Assembly: GCA_964577825.1 (NCBI GenBank)
Contig: CAZOBJ010000004.1
Coordinates: forward strand, 3,226 to 67,225
Source of the DNA: an uncultured Planctomycetales bacterium
GTDB lineage: Bacteria > Planctomycetota > SZUA-567 > JAFGNG01
Direction of reading: 5' to 3'
DNA: 64,000 nt
The translations under genes were made by a program, and so were the position numbers. Below the pieces are notes generated by a model, which had not been told where the DNA came from, searched no databases, and saw only the letters and a program-made list of their open reading frames with translations. The number at the start of each line of letters is the position of its first letter. Position 1 is the first letter of the stretch. Of the stretch, positions 20,259 through 29,495 are shown piece after piece.

Positions 20259-20287
20259 TTGCGTTCCGCTCGGCCGGAGGGTAGAAT
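20259..20287 (+). promoter_or_regulatory. candidate sigma70-type promoter of sulfatase 20332
   Basis: TTGCGT (20259-20264), a 17-nt spacer, then TAGAAT (20282-20287), located 45 nt upstream of the ATG. Confidence 0.4.
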
Positions 20288-20331
20288 CGCCGCCTCTTCA
20301 TTCCATCGCGTCCCCGGAGAAGGGAACCTCG

Positions 20332-21849
20332 ATGCCCGCGAACGAACGCCCGAACTTCCTGCTCATAACCAGCGACCAGCAGCACTGGAACACGCTCGGG
20401 TGCCTGAATCCCGCGCTGCGCACCCCGAACCTGAATCGCCTCGCGCGCGACGGGACCCTGTTCACGCGCGCGTACACCTCGAACCCCACGTGCACACCCG
20501 CGCGCGCGTCCATGATCACGGGCCGGTACCCGAGCCAGCACGGCGCGTGGTCGCTGGGCACCAAGCTGCCGGAGACCGAGCGCACCGTGGGCGAGGAGCT
20601 CCAGCGGGCCGGGTACCGCACCGCCCTGGTGGGCAAGGCGCATTTCCAGCAGAACGTGCAGAGCGCGGAGTACCCGTCGCTGGAGGCGCGCCCGCTCTTG
20701 CAGGACCTCGACTTCTGGCGCACGTTCCGCGGGCCCTTCTACGGGTTCGAGCACGTGGAGCTCGCGCGCAACCACGGCGACGAGTTCCTGGTCGGCCAGC
20801 ACTACGCCCTGTGGATGGAGGAGAACGGGCTGGGGAACTGGCGCGACTTCTTCCGCCCACCCACGGGCAACAACCCGAACCAGCGGCTGACCTGGGGGAT
20901 TCCCGAGCGCTACCACTACGACGCCTGGATCGCGGAGCGCAGCCAGGCCCTGATGCAGGGCTTCCGGGAGCGAGAGGAGCCCTTCTTCCTGTGGGCGAGC
21001 TTTTTCGACCCGCATCCGCCGTATCTTGCGCCCGAACCCTGGGACAAGATGTACGATCCGGACGAGATCGAGGTCCCGCAGGCGAGCGAAGGCGAGCACG
21101 GCCGCCTGCCCCCGCACTTCCGGATGACCCAGGAAGAAAAGCCCGATTTCTCGGCCTACAAGGAGCCGGATGGGCACACCATGCACGGGTTCAGCTCGCA
21201 CCTCGTGGACCCGGCCGCCCAGGCGCGCAACATCGCGGTCTACTACGGCATGATCAGCCTGATGGACAAGTACATCGGCGCGATCCTGGACGAGGTGGAC
21301 CGGCAGGGCCTGGCGGACAACACGGTTGTCCTGTTCACCACGGACCACGGGCACCTGTTCGGTCAGCATGGGCTCGTGAAGAAGGGCGCGTTCCATTACG
21401 ACGACCTGTTGCGTGTGCCGTTCCTCGTGCGCTGGCCCGGACAGGTGCCCGCGGGCCGGCGGTCTGCGGCTCTACAGTCCTTCGTGGACCTGGCGCCCAC
21501 GTTCCTGGGCCTGGCGGGCGCGCCCGTGCCCCGGACCATGGTCGGCCGCGACCAGGGCCCGGTGTGGCGCGGCAAGGCGCAGGCGGTGCGCGACCACGTG
21601 CTCGTAGAGAACCACCACCAGCCCACCACGATCCACGTGAAGACCTATGTGGACGCGCGATACAAGATCACGGTGTACTGCAACCACGCCTACGGCGAGC
21701 TCTTCGACCTGCAGGAGGACCCGGGCGAGACGCGCAACCTATGGGACGAGCCCGCGTACGCGGAGTGCAAGAGCGAGCTTCTTCTCAAGTTCCTGCACGC
21801 GGAGCTGGAGAAGGAGCCCGTGTGGATGCCGCGCGTGGGCCCCGCCTAG
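20332..21849 (+). CDS. sulfatase (formylglycine-dependent), no signal peptide
   Basis: NFLLITSDQQH...CTPARASMITG and the core FTTDHGH. Confidence 0.9.
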   Translation: MPANERPNFLLITSDQQHWNTLGCLNPALRTPNLNRLARDGTLFTRAYTSNPTCTPARASMITGRYPSQHGAWSLGTKLPETERTVGEELQRAGYRTALVGKAHFQQNVQSAEYPSLEARPLLQDLDFWRTFRGPFYGFEHVELARNHGDEFLVGQHYALWMEENGLGNWRDFFRPPTGNNPNQRLTWGIPERYHYDAWIAERSQALMQGFREREEPFFLWASFFDPHPPYLAPEPWDKMYDPDEIEVPQASEGEHGRLPPHFRMTQEEKPDFSAYKEPDGHTMHGFSSHLVDPAAQARNIAVYYGMISLMDKYIGAILDEVDRQGLADNTVVLFTTDHGHLFGQHGLVKKGAFHYDDLLRVPFLVRWPGQVPAGRRSAALQSFVDLAPTFLGLAGAPVPRTMVGRDQGPVWRGKAQAVRDHVLVENHHQPTTIHVKTYVDARYKITVYCNHAYGELFDLQEDPGETRNLWDEPAYAECKSELLLKFLHAELEKEPVWMPRVGPA

Positions 21850-24287
21850 CCGTCCGGCGCCCGGGCGGGGCTGTCGGGTCCGGGCAGGCGCGAGGCCAGG
21901 AGCCCCGCGAGCGCATACCCGGCCGCGGCGATGAGCACGAGCCGCAGAAACCCGATCTCCATGGCCACAAGCGGCGCGGCCACCGTGGCCGCTACGCTCG
22001 CGAACCCGTTGGCCGCCCAGGCCCAGGGCACGAGCGCCACCGACGCGCCGCCCGCGCGCACCAGGCCCGCGGGAAACAGATGCCCCATGGCCGTGGCGAG
22101 CGGCGCGATCGTGAGGCACCCGACCAGGAACCGCACCCACCCGGCCTGCGGCTGGGTGAGCGCCAGCCACGGGTCCAGGAACACCGCATACAGAACCGCG
22201 AGCCCCACCACGATCGCGGCCGCGCGGCGGATCACGGTCACCGGCCGTGTCTGCCAGCGCCCGGACAGGTAGCTGCCGAGCCCGCCGAACACGAGGAAGC
22301 TCGAGATCGCCGCCGCGGCCGCGTACACCGGGTGCGCGAGGTACAGGATGAGCTTCTGTAGGAATCCCATCTCCAGGAACATGAACCCCGCGCCCAGCAA
22401 CACGAAGTAGCCCATGGTCGCCGCTCGGCCCGGCACTCCGGCCAGAGCGCCCGCGCGCGGCGCCAGAGGCAGCACCACGAAGACGACCGCCAGCACCATG
22501 GCCTGCACGAGCGCGGCCACGAGCAACAGGTACCCGAGCTCCAGGAATCCGCGGGCCCGGTTGCCCAGCTCGTCCACGAGCCGGCGCAGGGTCCGCCACC
22601 GGAAGAAGTGGAAGAAGTACGGCCGGTCGTCGGTGGTCGCCGACACGTCGAACAGGTGCCTCTCCAGATACTGCTCGCGGTCCGGCCCGAGCAACGCCTG
22701 AGCGGCCTCGAAGTACCGGGGCCGGTCCAGGACATGGTACTGGTTCGCCTCCGCGCGGCGCAGCTCCGGCAGGTAGACGAGGTCGAAGCTGCGCGCTCGA
22801 GAGAATTCTCGAAGCGCCCGGGCCTGCACGTCGGTGATCGGCCGGTCGAAGGCGAGCGCGGTCACGGTCGCCCAGCTTCGCACCACGGCGAGATGCCGGG
22901 CCGGATCGCGGTTGCGCGCGCGCAGGGCGGCCGCCAGCGTGTCGATGAGCCGCGGCCCCTCGCGTGGTGGGGTGCGCACCCAGCGGGTCACGGACAGCAC
23001 CCCGTCCTCGGCCAGGCGGTCCAGCATGCCCGCGAAGCTCTGGGCCGTGTACAGGTAGGACTCCTGCGCAGCGTACAGACCCGCGCCCGAGGCGCCGAAC
23101 CCGCCGACCGGGGGCACGTGCACGAGGTCGAAAGACTTCGGCGTGGAAGCGAGGTACCCGCGCGCCTCGCGGTTCACCACGCGCACGCCGTGCGCGGTGT
23201 ACACGCGTCCGCCGCGCTCGTGCAGCGGCCCGGTCATGAGGTCGATGACCTGCCGGTTCATCTCCAGGGCGGTGACAGCCTCGGCCCGGTGGTACAGGGC
23301 CAGGCCGATGTCCGCGCCGCCGCCCGCGCCCACCACCAGGACGCGCGGCCGGGTGCAGACGCCGTAGGCAGCCGCCCCTGTGGTGAAGTCCAGGAACGCC
23401 CAGTCCGCGCGCGCGCGCACGTCGTAGACCGCGCTTGTGCCGTCTCCGTCCGCGATCAGGAGCACGTGCGCGGGAAGGGGCTCGGTGTACTGGAGGCTCA
23501 ACCCCGGGGCGTAGTGCACGGCCTCGCCCTGGACCACGTCCAGGCGCCCGAGCGGCCCCTCGCGTTGGGCCAGGGTGCGGGTCTCGGGCATGGCGCGCAC
23601 CTGTTCGAGCATCTTGTACGGGCTCATGACCGGCCGCTGAGGCAGGACAACGGCCAACAGGAGCACGCCCAGGGCCGCGAGCACCGACGCCATGGCCCAG
23701 GCCCGGCGCCGCCAGGGCACGAGCACGAGCGCGGCGACCACCCCGCCCGCGGTGACCGCGTGCAACAGCCCCCCGGTCGTGGTCCCCTGCAGGATGAGCA
23801 CGGCCGCCACGCCGCCCAGCCCGGCGCCGGCCAGATTGGCCGCATAGTGCCCGCCGACCCGGTCGCCGCGGTCCATGAGCGCCACGCCCACGGCCGCCCC
23901 GGCGAATAAAAACGGCACGAAGAGCACCGCCTCCAGCAGGAGCACCTTGCCCGCCTCGCCCGGGGTCCAGGCCAGGGTCTGCACGGCCAGGGGCAGGTGC
24001 CCGCCGCCCCATTGGGCCAGGGGCACGGTCGCGGCGAACGCGAAGGCGAACAGGCACAGCCCCGCGCGCTCGCGTCCCTGGAGTCTGCGCCGGGCGAGCG
24101 CGAGCGCCGTGCCGCTGGCGCCGAAGCCCAACAGCGCCACGCTGATGGCCATGTACGCGAAGTGATGCCAGAATCGGACCGCCAAGACGCGCATGAGCGC
24201 GAGCTCGAGCGCGATCGTCGCCGCGGACAGGACCGCCACGGCGAGGCGCACCCGCACGCGGGGCAGGGGGTCAGTCCTCGGACACAT
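21846..24287 (-). CDS. membrane-bound spermidine-synthase-like (SAM-dependent aminopropyl/methyltransferase fold) protein
   Basis: 813 aa. Polytopic membrane regions sit at both ends of a soluble domain containing VLVVGAGGGADIGLAL (GxGxG SAM site). The start overlaps the end of pcm by 17 nt. Confidence 0.65.
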   Translation of the reverse strand: MCPRTDPLPRVRVRLAVAVLSAATIALELALMRVLAVRFWHHFAYMAISVALLGFGASGTALALARRRLQGRERAGLCLFAFAFAATVPLAQWGGGHLPLAVQTLAWTPGEAGKVLLLEAVLFVPFLFAGAAVGVALMDRGDRVGGHYAANLAGAGLGGVAAVLILQGTTTGGLLHAVTAGGVVAALVLVPWRRRAWAMASVLAALGVLLLAVVLPQRPVMSPYKMLEQVRAMPETRTLAQREGPLGRLDVVQGEAVHYAPGLSLQYTEPLPAHVLLIADGDGTSAVYDVRARADWAFLDFTTGAAAYGVCTRPRVLVVGAGGGADIGLALYHRAEAVTALEMNRQVIDLMTGPLHERGGRVYTAHGVRVVNREARGYLASTPKSFDLVHVPPVGGFGASGAGLYAAQESYLYTAQSFAGMLDRLAEDGVLSVTRWVRTPPREGPRLIDTLAAALRARNRDPARHLAVVRSWATVTALAFDRPITDVQARALREFSRARSFDLVYLPELRRAEANQYHVLDRPRYFEAAQALLGPDREQYLERHLFDVSATTDDRPYFFHFFRWRTLRRLVDELGNRARGFLELGYLLLVAALVQAMVLAVVFVVLPLAPRAGALAGVPGRAATMGYFVLLGAGFMFLEMGFLQKLILYLAHPVYAAAAAISSFLVFGGLGSYLSGRWQTRPVTVIRRAAAIVVGLAVLYAVFLDPWLALTQPQAGWVRFLVGCLTIAPLATAMGHLFPAGLVRAGGASVALVPWAWAANGFASVAATVAAPLVAMEIGFLRLVLIAAAGYALAGLLASRLPGPDSPARAPDG

Positions 24288-25110
24288 CGGTGCGTCGCAG
24301 GGGCACGAACCGCACGGACATGAGATTGCGGCTGCGCACCGTGCCCTCGCGGTCCTTGGTGACGAGCATCAGCGACTGGACCGCGAACCGGCCGCCCACG
24401 GGAATGATCATCCGGCCCTCGGGCGCGAGCTGCTCGATCAAGGGCGGGGGAATCTGCCCCGCCGCGCACGTCACGATGATCCCATCGAACGGCGCGTGCT
24501 GGGGCCAGCCGTAGTACCCGTCCCCGTGGCGGATGCGGACCGTGTCGTACCCCAGCCGCTTGAGGCGCTTGCGGGCCGCCGTGGCCAGGGGCTCGATAAT
24601 CTCCACGGTGTACACGTGCGGGGTGAACTCGGTGAGCACCGCGGCCTGGTAGGCCGAGCCCGTGCCGACCTCGAGCACCTTGCTCTCGGGGTCGAGCTCC
24701 AGGAGCCGGGTCATCTCCGCGACCATGTAGGGCTGGCTGATCGTCTGGCCGTACCCGATGGGCAAGGGCGAGTCCGCATAGGCGCGCAAGCGCTGGTCCT
24801 CGGGCACGAATTCGTGTCGGGGCACACCCTGCATGGCCTGGAGCACAGCCTCGTCTTGGAGGCCGTACCCGCGGATCGTGTCGACCATGTGCCTGCGGTC
24901 TTCGCGCCGCTCCCTGGAGCGCGGGTGGGTCCACTGCGCCTGCGCCTCGGGCTGCGCGGGCGCGGCGGCGCTCGTCTCGGCCGGGGGGCGCAAACTGGGG
25001 TCGGGCGTCTCGCCGCCCGTACGAAGCCAGATAAGGCCCGCCACCGCGGCGGCGAGAATGAGCGTGACCAGGGCTGTTGGCGCGAGGCGGTAGCCGGTGG
25101 TACGCGGCAT
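24271..25110 (-). CDS. pcm: protein-L-isoaspartate O-methyltransferase with N-terminal membrane anchor
   Basis: GYGQTISQPYMVA, VLEVGTGSAYQAAVL and DGIIVTCA motifs. ATG 25110 gives MPRTTGYRLAPTALVTLILAAAVAGLIWL. Alternative starts are at 25143 and 25179. Confidence 0.9.
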   Translation of the reverse strand: MPRTTGYRLAPTALVTLILAAAVAGLIWLRTGGETPDPSLRPPAETSAAAPAQPEAQAQWTHPRSRERREDRRHMVDTIRGYGLQDEAVLQAMQGVPRHEFVPEDQRLRAYADSPLPIGYGQTISQPYMVAEMTRLLELDPESKVLEVGTGSAYQAAVLTEFTPHVYTVEIIEPLATAARKRLKRLGYDTVRIRHGDGYYGWPQHAPFDGIIVTCAAGQIPPPLIEQLAPEGRMIIPVGGRFAVQSLMLVTKDREGTVRSRNLMSVRFVPLRRTDVSED

Positions 25111-25213
25111 GGGGCTACTCCGAGCGACTTCCACCGAAGCCATCGTGTCCGCCCCCGACTTCCGCAACTGCCGTACCACCCGCCCGGCAGGAGGCCAATG
25201 CGCAACGGAGGCG

Positions 25214-27259
25214 CTAGCAGCCGGTCAGCAGCCCCTCGCACGCCGGGCGCGCGTCGAACAGGTTGCGGTACATGTTGAAGATCTCCTGGCGGTGCGCCAG
25301 GAGCTCCATGTCCGCGTTCGCGGCGATGGGCCGCGGCGCGAGCAGGGCCAGGAGCTCCGGCCGCGTGGTATGCCGGGCCACGCCGGGCAACAGGCCGCGC
25401 AGGTACTTGGGCACCTTGAGCACGTCCTCCAGCGCGCCGGGCGCGCCCTCGGCCTCGTACACCGCGCGGATGCGCTCGTCGAGCAGGGCCGCGTACAGGG
25501 CCGCGTCGCGCTGCTTGCTGTAGCAGGCGAGGTCCGCAAGGTCGATGTCCGCGCGCGCGGCCAGGAGTTCCACGGCCTCGAGCAGGTGCTTGACGTCGAG
25601 CTCCGCAGGCGGCAGGCCCAGGGTCAGGGTCCAGTCGTCGCCCTGCGCGCACCAGGTCCCGTCCAGAAGCAGGACCGCGCGGCCCGCCTGGAGCCAGGCG
25701 ACCGTCCTCTCGTCGTCGAGCGCCTGGCGCTTGTCCGTTGCGTCGGGCAGGTACAGAATCGTGCGGTGCGTGTCCGCCTGCGCCTGGGGCAACACGAGCA
25801 GGCTCGTCCAGCCCACCGGGCCGTGGCGAAGCTCGTGCACCGTACGCCCACCGTGCAGGAACGTGTCCACGGTCTCGACTTCGGTCTGGAGCGGGCGCTC
25901 GTCAAAGCGCAGAAGCTCGCGCACCTTGGCCTGCACGTAGGCGTGTCGCTCGTCCCACTCCTCGCGCGTACGGGGGATCAGGATCGGCATGCCTTCGTGC
26001 TCCTCGACCGCGTCGATCCAGCCCAGCATGTGGTATTTCGGCCCGGGCCGCTGGGTTCCGGGCAGGCAGGCGAGCTCCGCGCGGTCGAAGAGCTCCACGC
26101 CCGTGTCCAGGAGCACCGCCTTGCGGTGGCCGTCGGTGACGAACCGGACCCCGTGCGCGTCGCCCCATTCGCCCAGGGGGATCTCCGGCACGGCTTCGAG
26201 CTCTTCGCGGCTCAGGCGCGGAGTGCCGAACCGGTCGTGCACGAACAGGAGCGAGCTCTTCTTCGCATAGTAGTGGGCGTGCGGGCCCTGGGGGACGATC
26301 TCGGTCTGCACGTCCTGTTCGCGGCCGAACAGGGCGAAGACCCGCTGGGCGAGTCGCTGGGTCTCCAACGCGCCCAGGCCCCCGTCGTTGGCCCCGTCCA
26401 GCGCGCCGAAGACCACGTAGATGCTCGCGTGGTCCACGGACAGGGCGTGGAGCTCGCCCTGGTCCGCGTAGCGCAAGAGCCCGGGAAATTGCTGGCACGA
26501 CCTGCACCCGGCGGTCGAGAAGTCGGCGTCCAGGTAGTACTTGTGGTTCATCACGATGGCGCTGGGGATGCCCAGGCGCACGCGCGTGTCGATGGCCGGG
26601 AGCACCTGGCTGTCCGTGCCCCCGCGCGAGGAGCCCATCACCCCGATGCGCTCGGGGTCGACCTCGGGCCGGGTCTCCACGTAATCGACGGCGCGCACGA
26701 GGTCGTACAGAATCGCGCTTCCCGGGTACCGCCCGAGCGCCAGTGCCCGGTCCATGAGCCCGCCGTACCGGTGTCCGGATACGGACATGCGGCCCAGGGG
26801 GTTGCGCTCCTCGTTGCCCAGGTTGTCGAGCGTCAGGCACGCGAGGCCCAGGTTCGCGTAGGTCTGCGCCCCGTATTGGATGACCGGGAAGCTCTTGCTG
26901 CCGGAGTGGCCGTTGGCCTTGATCATGCACGGTACCGGGCCTTCCACGCCCTTGGGCAGGTACAGATTGGCCGTCACCCGCGCAAAGGGTTCGCTGTCGA
27001 ACATGAGCTTGTCGACCGTGAACCGGTCGCGCTCCACGCGGCCCACGATCTCGGCGTTGAGCGGGCACTTCTCTTCCGGGAAGCCGAAGCCGGCCACCAG
27101 ACGCGGGCGCGCGTACGCGATGTAGTCGAGCCAGTCCTGGCGGGTCTTCGGCCACTCGTCGGTAATGGCGCGCTCAGGGCCTGCGCGCACGAGCGAGGCC
27201 AGGTACGCCTGGTACAGGGCGCCGGGTTCGGCGTGCGGCGCGGACGATGCTGGGGACAT
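25214..27259 (-). CDS. alpha/beta hydrolase family protein, apparently two tandem hydrolase-like halves
   Basis: The N-terminal half has an esterase/dienelactone-hydrolase-like layout (LYLPKGVEGPVPCMI...GVMGSSRGG nucleophile elbow). The C-terminal half (about 300 aa) repeats the LYLPDA... pattern without an obvious GxSxG. Confidence 0.6.
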   Translation of the reverse strand: MSPASSAPHAEPGALYQAYLASLVRAGPERAITDEWPKTRQDWLDYIAYARPRLVAGFGFPEEKCPLNAEIVGRVERDRFTVDKLMFDSEPFARVTANLYLPKGVEGPVPCMIKANGHSGSKSFPVIQYGAQTYANLGLACLTLDNLGNEERNPLGRMSVSGHRYGGLMDRALALGRYPGSAILYDLVRAVDYVETRPEVDPERIGVMGSSRGGTDSQVLPAIDTRVRLGIPSAIVMNHKYYLDADFSTAGCRSCQQFPGLLRYADQGELHALSVDHASIYVVFGALDGANDGGLGALETQRLAQRVFALFGREQDVQTEIVPQGPHAHYYAKKSSLLFVHDRFGTPRLSREELEAVPEIPLGEWGDAHGVRFVTDGHRKAVLLDTGVELFDRAELACLPGTQRPGPKYHMLGWIDAVEEHEGMPILIPRTREEWDERHAYVQAKVRELLRFDERPLQTEVETVDTFLHGGRTVHELRHGPVGWTSLLVLPQAQADTHRTILYLPDATDKRQALDDERTVAWLQAGRAVLLLDGTWCAQGDDWTLTLGLPPAELDVKHLLEAVELLAARADIDLADLACYSKQRDAALYAALLDERIRAVYEAEGAPGALEDVLKVPKYLRGLLPGVARHTTRPELLALLAPRPIAANADMELLAHRQEIFNMYRNLFDARPACEGLLTGC

Positions 27260-27507
27260 GCGCGGTCCTTTCTGTGCTCCGAAGAGACGTCAACACGCGT
27301 GAGAGCAGTCGAGCGCCCCCATTCTGTCCGTACCTCTACGCCTGTCAAGGCGCGGACGCAGTGCCGCGCGGGGCGAGGCGATTCTGCGCCTTGCGCATCC
27401 GCGTGCTTCGGGTGAGGACGCCGCCTCCGCTGGGCAGGTTCGCACAGGCCCTTGCAGTGCGCGCGGACTCTGGTAGGCTTCCCTAGGCCCAGGACGGAGG
27501 GGCACGC

Positions 27508-28563
27508 ATGCAGCGCACCTGCCGCACCGCGGCGATTGTCGGTCTGGGACGCATGGGCGTGGTCGAGGTCGATCTGCCGGACCTCGGCGAGACGGACGTG
27601 CTCGTGGAGGTCCATGCGTCGCTGGTGAGCCCCGGCACGGAGCTCGGCGGATGGCGCGCGTTCGCCGAAGAGCGCGGCACGGAGGCGCCCGACCGGACGC
27701 CGCGCCCCTTCGGGTATGCGAACGCGGGCGTGGTGCGGGAAACGGGCGCCCGGGTGCAGGGGCTCGCGGTCGGCGACCGGGTCGCGTGCATGGGATCCGG
27801 CGCGCGGCATGCCACGCACGCGGCCGTGGCCCAGAACCTGTGCGCGCCGCTGCCGGATGGGCTGTCGTTCGCCGACGGGGCCTACGCGCACCTGGCCGCC
27901 ACGGCGCTGCATGCGGTCCGCCGCCTGGAGCCGGAGTTGGGCGCACGGTACCTGGTTGTGGGCCTGGGCCTCGTGGGCCAACTCGCTGCGCAGTTCGTGC
28001 GGGCCGCGGGAGCGCCTGTCATCGGATGGGAGGGGATTGCGCGGCGCGTGGAACGGGCGCGGTCCTGGGGCATCGACGAGGCCCTGGTCGTGGACGAGCC
28101 CGCCGATTCGGTGGCGCCCACCCGCGCGTTCACCGGCGACCTCGGGCTGGACGGGGCGGTGTTCGCGTTCACCGGCGATGCGCTGTCCACGCTCGACGCC
28201 ACGGTGCGGTGCCTGCGCGCGACTCCGGACGGCCACCCGGTGGGCGCCATCGTGGACGTGGGCAACGTCACGTTCCCGTACGCCAAGCGACACGCGAACA
28301 TCGACCTGCGCCGGTCTGCGCGCACCGGCCCCGGGTACCACGATCCGGCCTGGGAGGCGGGCGCCGACTATCCCCGCGACCACGTGCGCTGGACCACGCG
28401 CGCGAATCTGGACGCGTGTCTGCGGCTCGCGGCCGAGGGGCGTGTGGACTTCGGGGCGCTGACCACGCACACGGTGCCCCTGTCGGAAGCGGGCGAACGC
28501 GTCGACGCGCTGCTCGATACGCCCGACGAGGTGCTGGGCCTGGTGTTCGAGACGCAGCGCTGA
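27508..28563 (+). CDS. zinc-type/MDR-family alcohol dehydrogenase-like oxidoreductase
   Basis: GroES-like N-terminus (VLVEVHASLVSPGTE) and Rossmann motif VVGLGLVGQLAAQF. Confidence 0.75.
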   Translation: MQRTCRTAAIVGLGRMGVVEVDLPDLGETDVLVEVHASLVSPGTELGGWRAFAEERGTEAPDRTPRPFGYANAGVVRETGARVQGLAVGDRVACMGSGARHATHAAVAQNLCAPLPDGLSFADGAYAHLAATALHAVRRLEPELGARYLVVGLGLVGQLAAQFVRAAGAPVIGWEGIARRVERARSWGIDEALVVDEPADSVAPTRAFTGDLGLDGAVFAFTGDALSTLDATVRCLRATPDGHPVGAIVDVGNVTFPYAKRHANIDLRRSARTGPGYHDPAWEAGADYPRDHVRWTTRANLDACLRLAAEGRVDFGALTTHTVPLSEAGERVDALLDTPDEVLGLVFETQR

Positions 28564-28657
28564 CAGAGAAGGGCAAAATTGCGCGGCCGCGGTTCTCTGC
28601 GTTGGGCGCGAGCCGCAGGCCGGACACAGGGCGAGCGCGTGCGGCGCAGGGCCTGGC

Positions 28658-29461
28658 ATGGCCCGGACGCCGGTGCGCGAAGACGAGGAGGAAGACGTCG
28701 TGATTATCGACAGCCACGTGCACCTGTCCATGAAGGTGGGGGCCGGGCCGCTGGTCAAGGCCTGCGACGAGATCGGCATCGACAAGGTGTGCCTGCTGCT
28801 GCACTACCCCCACCTGAAGTACGCGATGAGCGAGGCCCCGGACCGCGTGCTGCCCGTGGTGTACTACAATCTGGACCTGGACAGTCCTTCGTTCATCCAC
28901 GTGCTGGCGGACCGCGGGGTCAAGGGGCTGAAGATCATCCGGCCCAGGCACCCGTATGACGACGAGCGGTACTTCCCGACCTACGAACGCGCCCAGGAGG
29001 ATGAGCTGCCGATCCTGTTCCACACGGGCATCGTGGCCGGCACGCAGCCGGTCTCCTGCGACCACATGCGGCCCATCCGATTGGACCACATAGCTCGAAC
29101 CTTCCCGAAGCTGAAGATCCACGGCGCGCACCTGGGCAACCCCTGGTACGAAGAGGCCAGCATGTCCATGCGCTACCGCGAGAACCTGTGGTTCGACCTG
29201 TCCGGGTCGACGCTCAAGAAGAAGACCCCGGAGTTCATCCGGTCGCTTCTGTGGTGGGACCGGCCCGGCCATCCGTACAAGGCGGGCGGAGACAAGCACC
29301 CCTACGAGAAAATCCTGTTCGGCACGGACGTGGCGCCGGAATGGATGGCCGACACGTGGAACGACTACCAGCGATTGCTCGATGCCATGGAGGTGCCCGA
29401 GGAGTACCGGCGCAAGATCCTGGGCGAGAACGCGGCCGAAGTCTACGGAGTAGAGACCTAG
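28658..29461 (+). CDS. amidohydrolase-family (TIM-barrel metal-dependent hydrolase) protein
   Basis: Ligand pattern IDSHVHL...LFHTG...GAHLG...FGTDV. GTG 28700, preceded by GAGGAGGAAG, is a plausible alternative start. Confidence 0.75.
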   Translation: MARTPVREDEEEDVVIIDSHVHLSMKVGAGPLVKACDEIGIDKVCLLLHYPHLKYAMSEAPDRVLPVVYYNLDLDSPSFIHVLADRGVKGLKIIRPRHPYDDERYFPTYERAQEDELPILFHTGIVAGTQPVSCDHMRPIRLDHIARTFPKLKIHGAHLGNPWYEEASMSMRYRENLWFDLSGSTLKKKTPEFIRSLLWWDRPGHPYKAGGDKHPYEKILFGTDVAPEWMADTWNDYQRLLDAMEVPEEYRRKILGENAAEVYGVET

Positions 29462-29495
29462 GCCACGCGCCAGGGGCCCGCCGGCGGGCCGTGCG

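Noticed and set aside
21739-24057. 772-aa minus-strand off-frame ORF, plus the 20187-22361 plus-strand ORF of 724 aa
   Set aside because: These are alternative frames of the spermidine-synthase-like gene and the sulfatase gene. They lack motifs and TM periodicity and have biased composition.
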